Origin: an uncultured Methanosarcinales archaeon
GTDB lineage: Archaea > Nanobdellota > Nanobdellia > Woesearchaeales > JACPBV01
DNA: 32,000 nt
NCBI GenBank assembly: GCA_964609455.1
Contig: CAZSRD010000011.1
Location: 1-32,000, forward strand
Direction: 5' to 3'
This document shows, one piece after another, positions 16,584-26,222 of this stretch. A program made the translations under genes and the position numbers. How positions within the stretch are numbered: the first letter of the stretch is position 1; the number at the start of each line of letters is the position of its first letter. The notes beneath the pieces were generated by a model. It searched no databases. It was not told the DNA's origin and saw nothing but the letters and a program-made list of their open reading frames with translations.

Positions 16584-17242
16584 AAACATGGATGGTTATA
16601 GCAGCAATGGTTTTATTTATTGCTGGGTGTTGTTCTCTACCTCCCGAGAGAGTTAGTTATAGAAATGTAATAACAGTTGACCCTGTTCAGGCACGAGAGG
16701 GGTTTGCCAGTTTGCTGCCGCAGCAGTTTAGTATTGTTGATTCAATTGTCTTTCAGTATGGCAAAAAGCCTTTTAGCGCTATCGGTTATACTGAGATTAA
16801 TAGTTTAGATAATATGTTTAAAGCTGCTTGCCTAAATCATGCGGGCGTAAAACTGCTAGAGTTAAAGGTGGCAGGCCAGGAAATTAAATATGGATACGCT
16901 TTGGAAGAGTTGTCCGCTCATGGCGATATCGTGCAGGCAATGGCAACTGATATACGAAGGATTTACTTTGACCGTGTCCCAAGCCCGGAAGCAGAGACAT
17001 GCAAAGAGAGATATCAGGTTGTTTACAGAGAGATTTATAATGAAGGTATTTTGGAATACGTCTTTGCAGGTGAAGGACCTTTTTTAATTCGTAAAACTTA
17101 CTTTGAAAAAGAGAAAAACATCTGGAGTGTTTCTTACTATAAATATATGGAAAAAGATGGAAAAATATATCCGAGAGAGATTGTATTTAAACATCATCAA
17201 TATGATTACAGGTTAACTATTAAGTTAAAGGAGATTCGTTAG
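16580..17242 (+). CDS. Lipoprotein (DUF3261-like, as found next to MMPL exporters in APE-type clusters)
   Basis: Lipobox FIAGC after a signal peptide. ATGA overlap with the exporter gene. Confidence 0.6.
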   Translation: MKTWMVIAAMVLFIAGCCSLPPERVSYRNVITVDPVQAREGFASLLPQQFSIVDSIVFQYGKKPFSAIGYTEINSLDNMFKAACLNHAGVKLLELKVAGQEIKYGYALEELSAHGDIVQAMATDIRRIYFDRVPSPEAETCKERYQVVYREIYNEGILEYVFAGEGPFLIRKTYFEKEKNIWSVSYYKYMEKDGKIYPREIVFKHHQYDYRLTIKLKEIR

Positions 17243-17619
17243 TGAGTACGATCAAGCAAGAAATAAAGCAATGTATGCTTAAAATAGATAATACCGCAGG
17301 CAACAAGATAAAGGCACATTTTTTATTCCCGGAGCACTTTATCGGATTTAAGGGTCACTTTCCTGGTAACCCTGTTTTACCTGGGATTTGCCAGGTGCAG
17401 GCGCTTATCACAATTGCTGAGAAATTGCACAAAAAGAAAGCTGGCTTAAGAAGAGTTGTGCTCGCGAAATTTTTTAAACAGATATCGCAAGATGAAGCAG
17501 TGTTGTTTGATTATACAGAAGAAAATAAGCAAAATAACGAGTTTAATATAAAAGCACTGGTAAACACGGTTAACGGTGAAAAGATTGCTAAACTAGAATT
17601 AGAGATAAATTTTTTGTAA
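17242..17619 (+). CDS. FabZ/FabA-like beta-hydroxyacyl-ACP dehydratase (hotdog fold)
   Basis: FKGHFPGNPVLPGICQVQAL matches the FabZ catalytic His motif HFPxxPxxPG. GTG start overlaps the upstream stop; ATG 17275 is an alternative. Confidence 0.75.
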   Translation: MSTIKQEIKQCMLKIDNTAGNKIKAHFLFPEHFIGFKGHFPGNPVLPGICQVQALITIAEKLHKKKAGLRRVVLAKFFKQISQDEAVLFDYTEENKQNNEFNIKALVNTVNGEKIAKLELEINFL

Positions 17620-17633
17620 TAGAAAGGGTGCCA

Positions 17634-18122
17634 ATGAATACCAGACGAAAAAGAGAAGGATATTTTAAGCATATCAAAGGATCGCCTAAGCCCTTGACTA
17701 TGCAGGTAAAAAGGCAAGTGAAATTCAGCGAAGTTGATATAATGGGGATTGTCTGGTATGGCAGATATGCCGGATTTTTTGAAGAGGGGGCAGCCGCGCT
17801 CGCTGAGCGATGTGGTCTTTCTTATAAAGATTTCTACAAAGCGAATTTACGTGCTCCGATTGTGCAATTTCATATTGACTATTATCAGCCGCTTGTTTTA
17901 GATGAGAGGTTTACTATTTGCGTTTCTTTTTTGTGGAATGAAGCGTCTAAACTAGAAACTGAATTTGTGCTGTTGAAGCAGGATGAAAGTATTGCAGCAA
18001 CAGGTTATACTGTGCAGATGTTTACTGACGGTAAAACCAATAAAGCTTGTCTGATAGTTCCAGAGCTTTTAGAGCGCTATCACAGAAGGTGGAAAGCGGG
18101 CGAGTTTTCATGCCTAGAGTAA
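17634..18122 (+). CDS. 4HBT/YbgC-type acyl-CoA/ACP thioesterase (hotdog fold)
   Basis: VKFSEVDIMGIVWYGRYAGFFEEG resembles the 4HBT active-site region. ATG 17634 lies 6 nt after AAAGGG; the track uses GTG 17628. Confidence 0.7.
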   Translation: MNTRRKREGYFKHIKGSPKPLTMQVKRQVKFSEVDIMGIVWYGRYAGFFEEGAAALAERCGLSYKDFYKANLRAPIVQFHIDYYQPLVLDERFTICVSFLWNEASKLETEFVLLKQDESIAATGYTVQMFTDGKTNKACLIVPELLERYHRRWKAGEFSCLE

Positions 18123-19249
18123 AGGTTGTAATAGTTGATTGTGATATGACTACTGCTTATGGCTTAGGCGTAGATGCCTGTTGGAGCGGGCTAATTTCAG
18201 GAAAGTCTGCGATAAAAAAACTGGAACGCTTTGCAACAGAAGCTTTCAAGAGTGAAAACGCAGCAGTCGTTTCTGATTTAATTACTGATTCAGATCAGTC
18301 CCTAGTAATGCAAATGTTTGAACCGTTATTTAAAAAAGGCAGTTCCTGTATACCTGGTGATGCTACTTTGTTTTTAGCGACAACAACTGGTGAAATTGAT
18401 ATTCTAGAAAAGCATGTTTTAGCTGGGAAGTCAGATGCCATAGGTAGTAGGTTGGATTATTTGTTGGAGAAGGTTGGGCGGTTGAGTGGCGTAGATAAGC
18501 CTGGCGTGGTTATTTCTGCGGCCTGTTCTTCGTCAAGCGTGGCAATTGCCCAAATTGCGGGTATGATTGCTAGTGGTGAAAGTGATTGCGTGCTTATCGT
18601 TGCTGGTGATAGCGTAAGCGAGTTTGTTTTTTCAGGATTTTCCGTGATAAATGCCTTAAGCAGGAATAAAGCCAGGCCCTTCGATAAGCACAGGGATGGT
18701 TTAAGCCTAGGAGAAGCGGCAGGGTTCGCGCTGTTAATGAGCGAGTCACGAGCATTAAAAGAAAAAAGAACAATAATAGCAGAAGTAGCCGGGTGGGGCT
18801 TATCAAATGACGCCAATCATATAACCGGTCCCTCGCGGGATGGCGATGGGTTAAAATTGGCAATAAATAAAGCTTTGCGCTCAGCAAATATCAATCCTGT
18901 AGAAGTTGGTTGTATCTCTGCGCATGGCACAGGAACAATATACAATGACTCTATGGAAATGAAGGCGTTCAAAACGGTTTTTGGCAACCGTAAGGTTCCG
19001 ACTTATTCTATTAAGGGGGGCACAGGGCATACGCTGGGAGCAGCTGGTTTAATTGAGACAATCGTAGCTATAAAGTCACTGAAAGAAAAAATTGTTCCTT
19101 CAACAGTAAATTTGCTTGAAATCGATGACGAAGCTCAAGGGTGGGTTTTAGTAGAGCCGTGCTCTTTTGATAGCTCAATAACTCTTTCTACCAATTCAGG
19201 ATTTGGCGGAATAAATGCCGCTTTAGTATTAAGGAAGTGCAATGATTAA
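18110..19249 (+). CDS. Beta-ketoacyl synthase (KS-2, catalytic partner of the downstream CLF-like protein)
   Basis: Motifs ISAACSSSSVA (Cys), ISAHGTGT and GGTGHTLGAAG. The start was taken at MPRVKVVIV. The track start at 18047 would overlap the thioesterase by 76 nt. Confidence 0.8.
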   Translation: MPRVKVVIVDCDMTTAYGLGVDACWSGLISGKSAIKKLERFATEAFKSENAAVVSDLITDSDQSLVMQMFEPLFKKGSSCIPGDATLFLATTTGEIDILEKHVLAGKSDAIGSRLDYLLEKVGRLSGVDKPGVVISAACSSSSVAIAQIAGMIASGESDCVLIVAGDSVSEFVFSGFSVINALSRNKARPFDKHRDGLSLGEAAGFALLMSESRALKEKRTIIAEVAGWGLSNDANHITGPSRDGDGLKLAINKALRSANINPVEVGCISAHGTGTIYNDSMEMKAFKTVFGNRKVPTYSIKGGTGHTLGAAGLIETIVAIKSLKEKIVPSTVNLLEIDDEAQGWVLVEPCSFDSSITLSTNSGFGGINAALVLRKCND

Positions 19250-19970
19250 GAAGAAAGATAGGGTTGTGGTTGCAGGTATTGGATGGGTTACGCAAGAAAG
19301 ATATGGCAGCGTAATGCAAAAACTGCACAAGGACTATAAAGATAAAGTATCCTTACATTTACAGTTACGGGATGAATCTGTGTTTTTACAGCCAGTGAAA
19401 AATTTTGGTAGGTTTGATGAAATTTCAAAAAAAGCCTGCTCTGTGGCTGCACTTGCACTGTGTGACGCTGGTATTCCATATTCTAAGGATCGAAAAGAGG
19501 ACATTGGATTAATTGGCACAAATACAGCTGGTTCGTTATTGTCGAACTTGAGCTATTTTAAAGATTATGTTGAAAACGGCCGGACGTTGGCTAGGGGAAA
19601 TCTTTTTACATACACATTACCTTCGAGCCCATTGGCTGAAGCAGCAATCAATTGTGGATGTCAAGGACCCCTTTTATATATCAACTTTTCATCTCCGAAG
19701 AAACAAATGCCCCTATTACTTCGTTATGCAGAAAGCATGATTTGTCGAAAAGAGACACCTGCAATGCTAGCTATTAATGCTGATGAAAAAGAGGGGGTTT
19801 GCTTTTTATTGATACAGGAAGGCGATGCACTTGACAAAAAAATATGTGCGCTGGAGGATATTCTAGCTATTACAGAGAAGGTGACTATTTTAGAGGATAT
19901 GGTAAATGAATTTGAATCGTGCATCATTACAGAGGAATCGCACTTAAAGAATGATCAAAGAAACGCTTGA
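19242..19970 (+). CDS. Short KS-like protein without the catalytic core (chain-length-factor-like)
   Basis: The N-terminus RVVVAGIGWVT is KS-like, but the protein is only 242 aa and has no ACxS/HGTGT/GH motifs. 8 nt overlap with KS-2. Confidence 0.6.
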   Translation: MIKKKDRVVVAGIGWVTQERYGSVMQKLHKDYKDKVSLHLQLRDESVFLQPVKNFGRFDEISKKACSVAALALCDAGIPYSKDRKEDIGLIGTNTAGSLLSNLSYFKDYVENGRTLARGNLFTYTLPSSPLAEAAINCGCQGPLLYINFSSPKKQMPLLLRYAESMICRKETPAMLAINADEKEGVCFLLIQEGDALDKKICALEDILAITEKVTILEDMVNEFESCIITEESHLKNDQRNA

Positions 19971-19994
19971 TAAAATATTGGAGTAGGAATAGTA

Positions 19995-21251
19995 ATGAAA
20001 ATAAAGTTAATCTATCCAAAATGGACTAAACTTAAACATCAACCGGAATTCAATCTCCCGCCACACGGTCCAGTATGCTTTGCCGCAACCATACCAGATG
20101 AGGTTAAAATCTCTTTTTGTGATGAAAATACGGAAGTTCTTAACTTTTCAGAAGATGCAGATCTTATTGCACTATCTGTAATGCTGACGTGTCAGATCCC
20201 CCGTGCTTTGGAAATTGCAGATCATTTTAGAGCAGTTGGTAAAAAGGTTATTTTTGGTGGAATCGCAGTAATGTTGCACAAGGAAGAGGTCATGCAGCAT
20301 GCCGATTCGGTTTTTTTCGGTGAACCAGAAGGTCGGTTCAAGGAAGTTATTGAAGATTTCCAAAAAGGGCAATTAAAAAAACTTTATGACTATAATCTAA
20401 ATTTCCCTGACACTGCTACTATTGGAACCGCACGTCGCAGTATTCTTAACTATCCAAATTATAATTTTCGCGGTGTTCAGATGGTAGATCTTGTGCATGC
20501 ATCCAGAGGGTGCCGTTTTAACTGTTTTCCATGCTGCACTCCGTATTTAGGAGGGTGTAGTTTTAGGCCGCGACCTATAGATGCTGTCGTAAAAGAACTT
20601 GAAAGCATAGAGAATAAACGCATTTTCTTTGTTGATAACTCTATGGCCCAGGATGATGAATGGGAAAAGAAACTATTTAAGGCAATAGCACCATTGAAAA
20701 AGAAATGGATATCCCATCCCATTAAGGATGATGATGAGATATTGGATCTAGCTGTCAAGGCTGGATGCTGGTATGTGTACCAGGCAATCGTGGATACTTC
20801 TGACTATATACGAAAACGGATACTTCGCTTGAAGGAACGCGGCATTAGTGTAGAAGGAACTATTATTTTAGGAATGGATAATCAAGATGAGGATTATATA
20901 AAGCGTTTTGTTGATTTTCTTCTAGACTTAGATTTAGATCTTGCAGAATTTAACGTACTCACACCTTATCCTCATACTGCTGTTCGCACACAACTAGAAA
21001 AACAGGATAGGATAATACACAATAATTGGTCTAAATACACAGGTGGGGATGTTGTTTTTAAGCCCGCAAAGATGACAGTGTACTCGCTACAAAAGATGTA
21101 TGATTATGCCTGGGATATGTTTTATAGAGACTGTTCAAAGGAAATGAAAATGGCAAAGCTATATATAGAGGTAAATAGACGGGAAAAAGAGGACAATACA
21201 TTTGAGAGGGTTAAGCCAAGCCCTAACCGTAAGTGGGGATCAGCCACTTAA
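19995..21251 (+). CDS. B12-binding-domain (class B) radical SAM enzyme 1
   Basis: N-terminal Rossmann-like cobalamin-binding-type region (DLIALSV....GKKVIFGG), followed by SRGCRFNCFPC (CxxxCxxC). Confidence 0.75.
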   Translation: MKIKLIYPKWTKLKHQPEFNLPPHGPVCFAATIPDEVKISFCDENTEVLNFSEDADLIALSVMLTCQIPRALEIADHFRAVGKKVIFGGIAVMLHKEEVMQHADSVFFGEPEGRFKEVIEDFQKGQLKKLYDYNLNFPDTATIGTARRSILNYPNYNFRGVQMVDLVHASRGCRFNCFPCCTPYLGGCSFRPRPIDAVVKELESIENKRIFFVDNSMAQDDEWEKKLFKAIAPLKKKWISHPIKDDDEILDLAVKAGCWYVYQAIVDTSDYIRKRILRLKERGISVEGTIILGMDNQDEDYIKRFVDFLLDLDLDLAEFNVLTPYPHTAVRTQLEKQDRIIHNNWSKYTGGDVVFKPAKMTVYSLQKMYDYAWDMFYRDCSKEMKMAKLYIEVNRREKEDNTFERVKPSPNRKWGSAT

Positions 21252-21263
21252 CATGGTTCAACT

Positions 21264-22637
21264 ATGAAGGTTTTACTTATTGCGTCTAACATTGCGGATA
21301 CTCCTTATTTCGTATACCCACTGGGAATGAGTATGGTCGCAGGTGCCCTGCAGAATGCTGGGCACGAAACTATCCAGTTTGATTTTCTGCAGAGCGGGAA
21401 ATCGTTGGATGCACTTAGCCTTATTGTAGAAAAAGAACGTCCAGATTTTATTGGCATATCTGTACGGAATATTGATAATACAAATTTTTTAAACGAGCAG
21501 CGCTATGTCTATATTGTAAAGGATATGATACAAAGGATTCGGATTAAGACAAAAAGCCCGGTGGTGCTTGGAGGCTCAGGATTTTCCATCTTGCCGGATC
21601 TTGTTCTTCGAGAAACAGGAGCAGATTATGGGATCGTAGGCGAAGGAGAATCGCTAATGGTTGATTTTGTAAATAATGCTACTAAAGGAGTCTTTCCCGA
21701 AAAGCGTTGTGTGCGTGCTTCCGTTAGTTTGCCCGGAGAGAACATATCTTCTCCCTATTATGAGTCTGATCTTATGGAATTTTATAGAAAAAAAAGCAAT
21801 ATGGCATCTGTTCAGACAAAAAGAGGATGTGAATACGATTGTATTTATTGTACCTATCCTTTGCTTGAAGGAACAGATCTCCGATGCAGACAACCTAAAG
21901 CTGTTGTCGATGATATAGAGGTTCTAGTGGACAAGCACAAAATAAATCATATATTTTTTACGGATTCAGTGTTTAACGACAGGCATGGGCATTACCTCGA
22001 TGTGCTTAGGGAGCTAAAAAGAAGGGATGTGAAAATCACATGGACTGCATTTTTTAGGCCAGAGCTTTTTAGCGATGAGGTCATTAAATTAATGAGAAAA
22101 ACTGGGCTCAAATCTGCTGAGATAGGCGCTGATGCATCGACGAATACAACACTAAAGGGATTAAAAAAACCATTTTTATTTAAAGATGTTGTTGCATGTA
22201 ATACATTATTAGCTAAAAATGGCATTGCAACAGCGCATTATTACATGTTTGGGTGCCCCGGAGAAACCAAAGAAACGGTTTTAGAGGGGGTCGAAAACAT
22301 CAAAGGCATAAAAAATACGGTTTCATTTATATTTATGGGAATTCGGATACTTCCCGGCACTCCTCTGGTTCAAATGGCCCAAGAGGAAGGCCTTCTTTCG
22401 CCTAATCAAGAATTACTTGAACCCGTATATTATATCGCAAGAGGAGTGGATAAGCAGTGGATGGAGAAGGCATTAACAGACGCTTTTAGTGGTGTTAGAA
22501 ATTGTATTTTCCCACCTGACTCCCGTGATTCAAGCTTACAATTCCTTCATAGCTTGGGTTACACAGGCTCTTTGTGGGAGATGCTTATTACTAAAGATGG
22601 AAAGCGGAGAAGAGATGGACGTCGCACAAAAAAATAA
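21264..22637 (+). CDS. B12-binding-domain (class B) radical SAM enzyme 2
   Basis: N-terminal MKVLLIAS....PDFIGISV....VVLGGSG, followed by KRGCEYDCIYC (CxxxCxxC). Basic C-terminal tail. Confidence 0.75.
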   Translation: MKVLLIASNIADTPYFVYPLGMSMVAGALQNAGHETIQFDFLQSGKSLDALSLIVEKERPDFIGISVRNIDNTNFLNEQRYVYIVKDMIQRIRIKTKSPVVLGGSGFSILPDLVLRETGADYGIVGEGESLMVDFVNNATKGVFPEKRCVRASVSLPGENISSPYYESDLMEFYRKKSNMASVQTKRGCEYDCIYCTYPLLEGTDLRCRQPKAVVDDIEVLVDKHKINHIFFTDSVFNDRHGHYLDVLRELKRRDVKITWTAFFRPELFSDEVIKLMRKTGLKSAEIGADASTNTTLKGLKKPFLFKDVVACNTLLAKNGIATAHYYMFGCPGETKETVLEGVENIKGIKNTVSFIFMGIRILPGTPLVQMAQEEGLLSPNQELLEPVYYIARGVDKQWMEKALTDAFSGVRNCIFPPDSRDSSLQFLHSLGYTGSLWEMLITKDGKRRRDGRRTKK

Positions 22638-23817
22638 ACCCTTTAATACAGACCAGGTATGGTGCGTGGTTCCGGTTTTTAATAATAAGAAAACTGTTAA
22701 AGATGTAGCTATGGGCTGTAAGGAGCTTTTGCGTAATGTTATTGTTGTAGACGACGGCAGTACGGACACAAATATTACTGAATTATTCACAGACAGTGAT
22801 ATAGTAGTGCTTCAGCATAAAACAAATCAAGGAAAAGGTAGAGCCATATTGACCGCTTTAAGCTACATAAGCGAACGTGGTGGGAAGTTTATGATTACAA
22901 TTGACGCCGATGGTCAGCATTTTCCACGTGATATAAAGAAATTTTTACCCTTACTTGAAAAGGATGAGACGGTCGTTGTAATAGGAAGCAGAAATTTTAA
23001 CACGAAGAATATTTCTCGTGGAAGCCGATTTGGCCGGACATTCTCTAACTTCTGGCTGCGTATTGAGACTGGTGTCTCAATCGACGATTGTCAGAGTGGT
23101 TTTCGTTCATACCCCGTACACTATCTTAGTAAAATAAAAATGAACGGCTCGCATTATGATTTTGAAACCGAGGTTCTAGCCAAGGCAGTATGGTCAGGAT
23201 TAAAGCTAGAAACAGTCTCTGTAGATGTATGGTACCCTGAATTAAGTCTTCGTGTCTCCAATTTCAGGCCATTTATAGATAATCTGCGCATTTCATTAAT
23301 GCACGCCTACTTAATAGGTAGGCGCCTTTCCCCATTGCCTTATCGCAAATTAGTCCAGTTACCTGAGGAACATTTTGACATTAATATACTTCTGCACCCT
23401 GTTAAATTACTAAAGGCATTGTTAAAAGAGAACTCTACACCGTCTGGGCTAGCGGTTTCAGCGGGTGTAGGTATTTTCCTTGCTGTTCTACCACTTCTAT
23501 CAGTACATACGTTGGTAATTATTTACGTAACGACGCGTTTGCATTTAAACAAGGTTATGGCGGTATGTATACAAAATTTATGTATTCCACCTTTTGTACC
23601 GGTGGCCTGCGTTCAATTGGGATATTATATGAGGCACGGACACTGGTTAACGGATATATCGATTAAGACTGTTTTTGGTCAGCTTGGATCTAGAATATAT
23701 GAATGGTTCTTAGGGTCTCTTATCATAGCGCCTGTAATGGCTATAGCTGTAGGAGTAATCGTATTCTTTCTTGCTTGGAGACTAGAAAAGAAAGCGGTGA
23801 GCCATGCCAGAAAATGA
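22615..23817 (+). CDS. Family 2 glycosyltransferase fused to a DUF2062-like membrane domain
   Basis: VVPVFNN...VVDDGSTD...TIDADGQH are GT-A motifs. The C-terminal membrane region GVGIFLAVLPL...NLCIPPFVP is DUF2062-like. ATG 22615 is preceded by GGAGAAGAG; ATG 22597 is an alternative. Confidence 0.75.
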   Translation: MDVAQKNKPFNTDQVWCVVPVFNNKKTVKDVAMGCKELLRNVIVVDDGSTDTNITELFTDSDIVVLQHKTNQGKGRAILTALSYISERGGKFMITIDADGQHFPRDIKKFLPLLEKDETVVVIGSRNFNTKNISRGSRFGRTFSNFWLRIETGVSIDDCQSGFRSYPVHYLSKIKMNGSHYDFETEVLAKAVWSGLKLETVSVDVWYPELSLRVSNFRPFIDNLRISLMHAYLIGRRLSPLPYRKLVQLPEEHFDINILLHPVKLLKALLKENSTPSGLAVSAGVGIFLAVLPLLSVHTLVIIYVTTRLHLNKVMAVCIQNLCIPPFVPVACVQLGYYMRHGHWLTDISIKTVFGQLGSRIYEWFLGSLIIAPVMAIAVGVIVFFLAWRLEKKAVSHARK

Positions 23818-24730
23818 CCCTTTAAGAAAGATCAAAGTAAAAAAAAGAGGCAATGCTTTAGGTGTCTGGTTTTTTAAGGTTTTTTTACAGCTATTTGGAT
23901 TAGATGGTGCATATCGGCTTCTATTTATAGTCTGCTCTTATTATTTAATTTTCGACTGGGTAGCTGTTTCAAGAGCATTGGCATATATTAACAAGAGATT
24001 TCCTGGGTGTGGATTTTTTAAGAGTCGTATGCACGTATATAGATTATTTTTATGTCAAGGCAGGTGTCTTATTGACCGATATGCGCTTATATCAAACCGC
24101 ACAATGTTTGACATTAAGCTGTGTGGCTCGGGCATCCTTGTGCCTTTAGCCACCGATGTAAATCAGGGCTTCATTTTACTAATGACGCATATTGGTAATT
24201 GGCAGGTTTCAATAACGACTATAAGTGAGTTGAAAAAAACCGTATATTTGCTTATGCGACCGGAGGATAATACTGCAATAAAGGATTCTCTTGCCATAAG
24301 CTTGGAAAAGGGGCCCGTTAGGGTTATCTCACCAGAACAGTATCTTGGCGGGGTTATTGAAATTATGAATGTGCTATCTAAAGGGAATATAGTTTCGATG
24401 ATGGGTGATCGTGGATATGGGTCTAATGCTATTGATGTGGACTTTTTGGGAGAAAAAGCATGGTTCCCTTGCAGCGCTTTTGCCATAGCTGCGACAGCTA
24501 ATTGCCCTGTCGTGGTATTATTGTCTACTAAAATTGGCAAGCGTAAATATAGCGTTGATGTGGCTAAGGTGATGCGCCCCTCTTATCAGAAAGGCTGTGA
24601 TAAACGTCAGCAGTTGAGAAATTGGGTTCAGGAATATGCTGGCCTGCTTGAGTCATATGTGAAGGAATATCCATATCAGTGTTTTTTATTTCATGATATT
24701 TGGAAGAAAGAAGCAAAAACGGAGGCCTAA
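23804..24730 (+). CDS. LpxL/HtrB-family (lipid A late / lysophospholipid) acyltransferase
   Basis: ~308 aa with an N-terminal hydrophobic helix, a THIGNWQ (H-x4-type) motif and a MGDRG block. Sits at the usual position after GT2-DUF2062 in APE-type clusters. Confidence 0.6.
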   Translation: MPENDPLRKIKVKKRGNALGVWFFKVFLQLFGLDGAYRLLFIVCSYYLIFDWVAVSRALAYINKRFPGCGFFKSRMHVYRLFLCQGRCLIDRYALISNRTMFDIKLCGSGILVPLATDVNQGFILLMTHIGNWQVSITTISELKKTVYLLMRPEDNTAIKDSLAISLEKGPVRVISPEQYLGGVIEIMNVLSKGNIVSMMGDRGYGSNAIDVDFLGEKAWFPCSAFAIAATANCPVVVLLSTKIGKRKYSVDVAKVMRPSYQKGCDKRQQLRNWVQEYAGLLESYVKEYPYQCFLFHDIWKKEAKTEA

Positions 24731-25012
24731 ATGGAAAAAAACAAGGAAAAGGAACTGGTAGCACTGCGAAAAAAACTTAAAGAACTTCTGGTTAGTAGCT
24801 TATCGTTAGAAGGCGTAAAACCTGAAGATATCAAGGATGATGAAATTCTTTTTGGAGATGGGCTGGGTCTTGATTCGTTGGATGCAGTGGAAATTGTTGT
24901 TTTATTGCAGAGGAACTTTGGTATTGAAGTTAAGGATATGAATATAGGCAAAAAAGTATTTTACTCTCTTGATACTTTGGCGCGGTATGTTTTAGAAAAC
25001 AGAAAAAAATAG
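24731..25012 (+). CDS. Acyl carrier protein (ACP-2)
   Basis: LGLDSLDAVEIV phosphopantetheine motif. RBS ACGGAGG. Starts 1 nt after the upstream stop. Confidence 0.85.
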   Translation: MEKNKEKELVALRKKLKELLVSSLSLEGVKPEDIKDDEILFGDGLGLDSLDAVEIVVLLQRNFGIEVKDMNIGKKVFYSLDTLARYVLENRKK

Positions 25013-25044
25013 GAATTTAGGCATTTCAGGTAAAAGGCAAAACT

Positions 25045-26211
25045 TTGAAAAATAGACGTATTGTTATAAGCGGGTTAGGGGTTATTTCTGCAGCAGGGAA
25101 AGGTGTTCAAGCAACACTAAATAGCTTTGAATCTAGTAAAAGGAATGCAGGGAGTGTTACCCTATTTCCCACGTCTTTGAAGTGCCCTGTTTTTGAGGTA
25201 AGGGAAGTTAGAGGAGAAAAAAAAGAGCGTACATTGAATCTTGCCCTTTGTGCAGTAAAAGAGGCATTGAATGACGCAAGAATACCTGAGAAGCTATCGA
25301 ATTTTAGAACAGGGGTATGTTTAGGAACTACTGTAGCAAGCCAGTTGAATGATATTGATTTTTACAGGGCATATCGTAGTGCAGGAAATACGCCTATGGA
25401 TGCGGTTGAAAGGTTTTTAAAGGGGACTCTTTCTGAAGTTATAGCTAGTCACATTGATGCAAAAGGGCCATTCATGACGGTTGTTAACGCATGCTCTTCC
25501 GGAACAGATGCTATTGGAGTAGCATTGTCTTGGCTAAGAAGTGGGGTTTGTGATATTGCTGTTGCCGGAGGTGCTGACGAATTAAATACCATCCCTTTTT
25601 GCGGATTTGCGTCATTGGGTATAGCAAGCGACTCGTTATGCGCACCGTTTGACCGGGATAGAAAAGGGTTAAATCTTGGAGAGGGCGCAGGTGTTTTAGT
25701 TCTTGAAACAGAGGAACACGCGCGCCAAAGAGGAAGGGATTTTGATTTTGTTCTTACCGGATATGGCTTAGCAAGCGATGCATATCACCTTACAGCGCCT
25801 CACCCCGAGGGGTTGGGGCTGGAAAAAGCGTTGAAGAGAGCTATGTACGAATCAAGAATTACCTACCAAGATGTATCTTTTGTGAATGCCCACGGGACTG
25901 CGACACGTGATAATGATAAGGTAGAGGCAAAGGTTTTGAACAGGGTTTTTGGTTCCGAATTATCTTTTCTTTCTACAAAAGGCTTTACCGGGCATACGTT
26001 AGGTGCAGCTGGTGGCCTTGAAGCTGTTTTTACTGCTATAGGGCTTCGAGAAAAATGGATACCAGCCAGTGTAGGTTTTGTAAATCAAGATAGCGAAATA
26101 CCCATAACACCTGTTATAAAAAAAACTTTTGTTGAAGGCAGTTTCGCGATTTCTACGTCATTGGCGTTTGGTGGTAATAACTCAGCGATTATTATCGGTA
26201 GAGCTAAATAG
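25045..26211 (+). CDS. Beta-ketoacyl synthase (KS-3)
   Basis: Motifs VVNACSSGTDA (Cys), VNAHGTAT and GFTGHTLGAAG. TTG start as in the track. Confidence 0.8.
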   Translation: MKNRRIVISGLGVISAAGKGVQATLNSFESSKRNAGSVTLFPTSLKCPVFEVREVRGEKKERTLNLALCAVKEALNDARIPEKLSNFRTGVCLGTTVASQLNDIDFYRAYRSAGNTPMDAVERFLKGTLSEVIASHIDAKGPFMTVVNACSSGTDAIGVALSWLRSGVCDIAVAGGADELNTIPFCGFASLGIASDSLCAPFDRDRKGLNLGEGAGVLVLETEEHARQRGRDFDFVLTGYGLASDAYHLTAPHPEGLGLEKALKRAMYESRITYQDVSFVNAHGTATRDNDKVEAKVLNRVFGSELSFLSTKGFTGHTLGAAGGLEAVFTAIGLREKWIPASVGFVNQDSEIPITPVIKKTFVEGSFAISTSLAFGGNNSAIIIGRAK

Positions 26212-26222
26212 GGCACTTAAAA

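Noticed and set aside
16890-17087. Same-strand alternative-frame ORFs inside genes (16890-17087, 21676-21918, 28871-29083)
   Set aside because: They are embedded in well-supported longer ORFs in another frame, and nothing indicates a start site or an overlapping-gene function.
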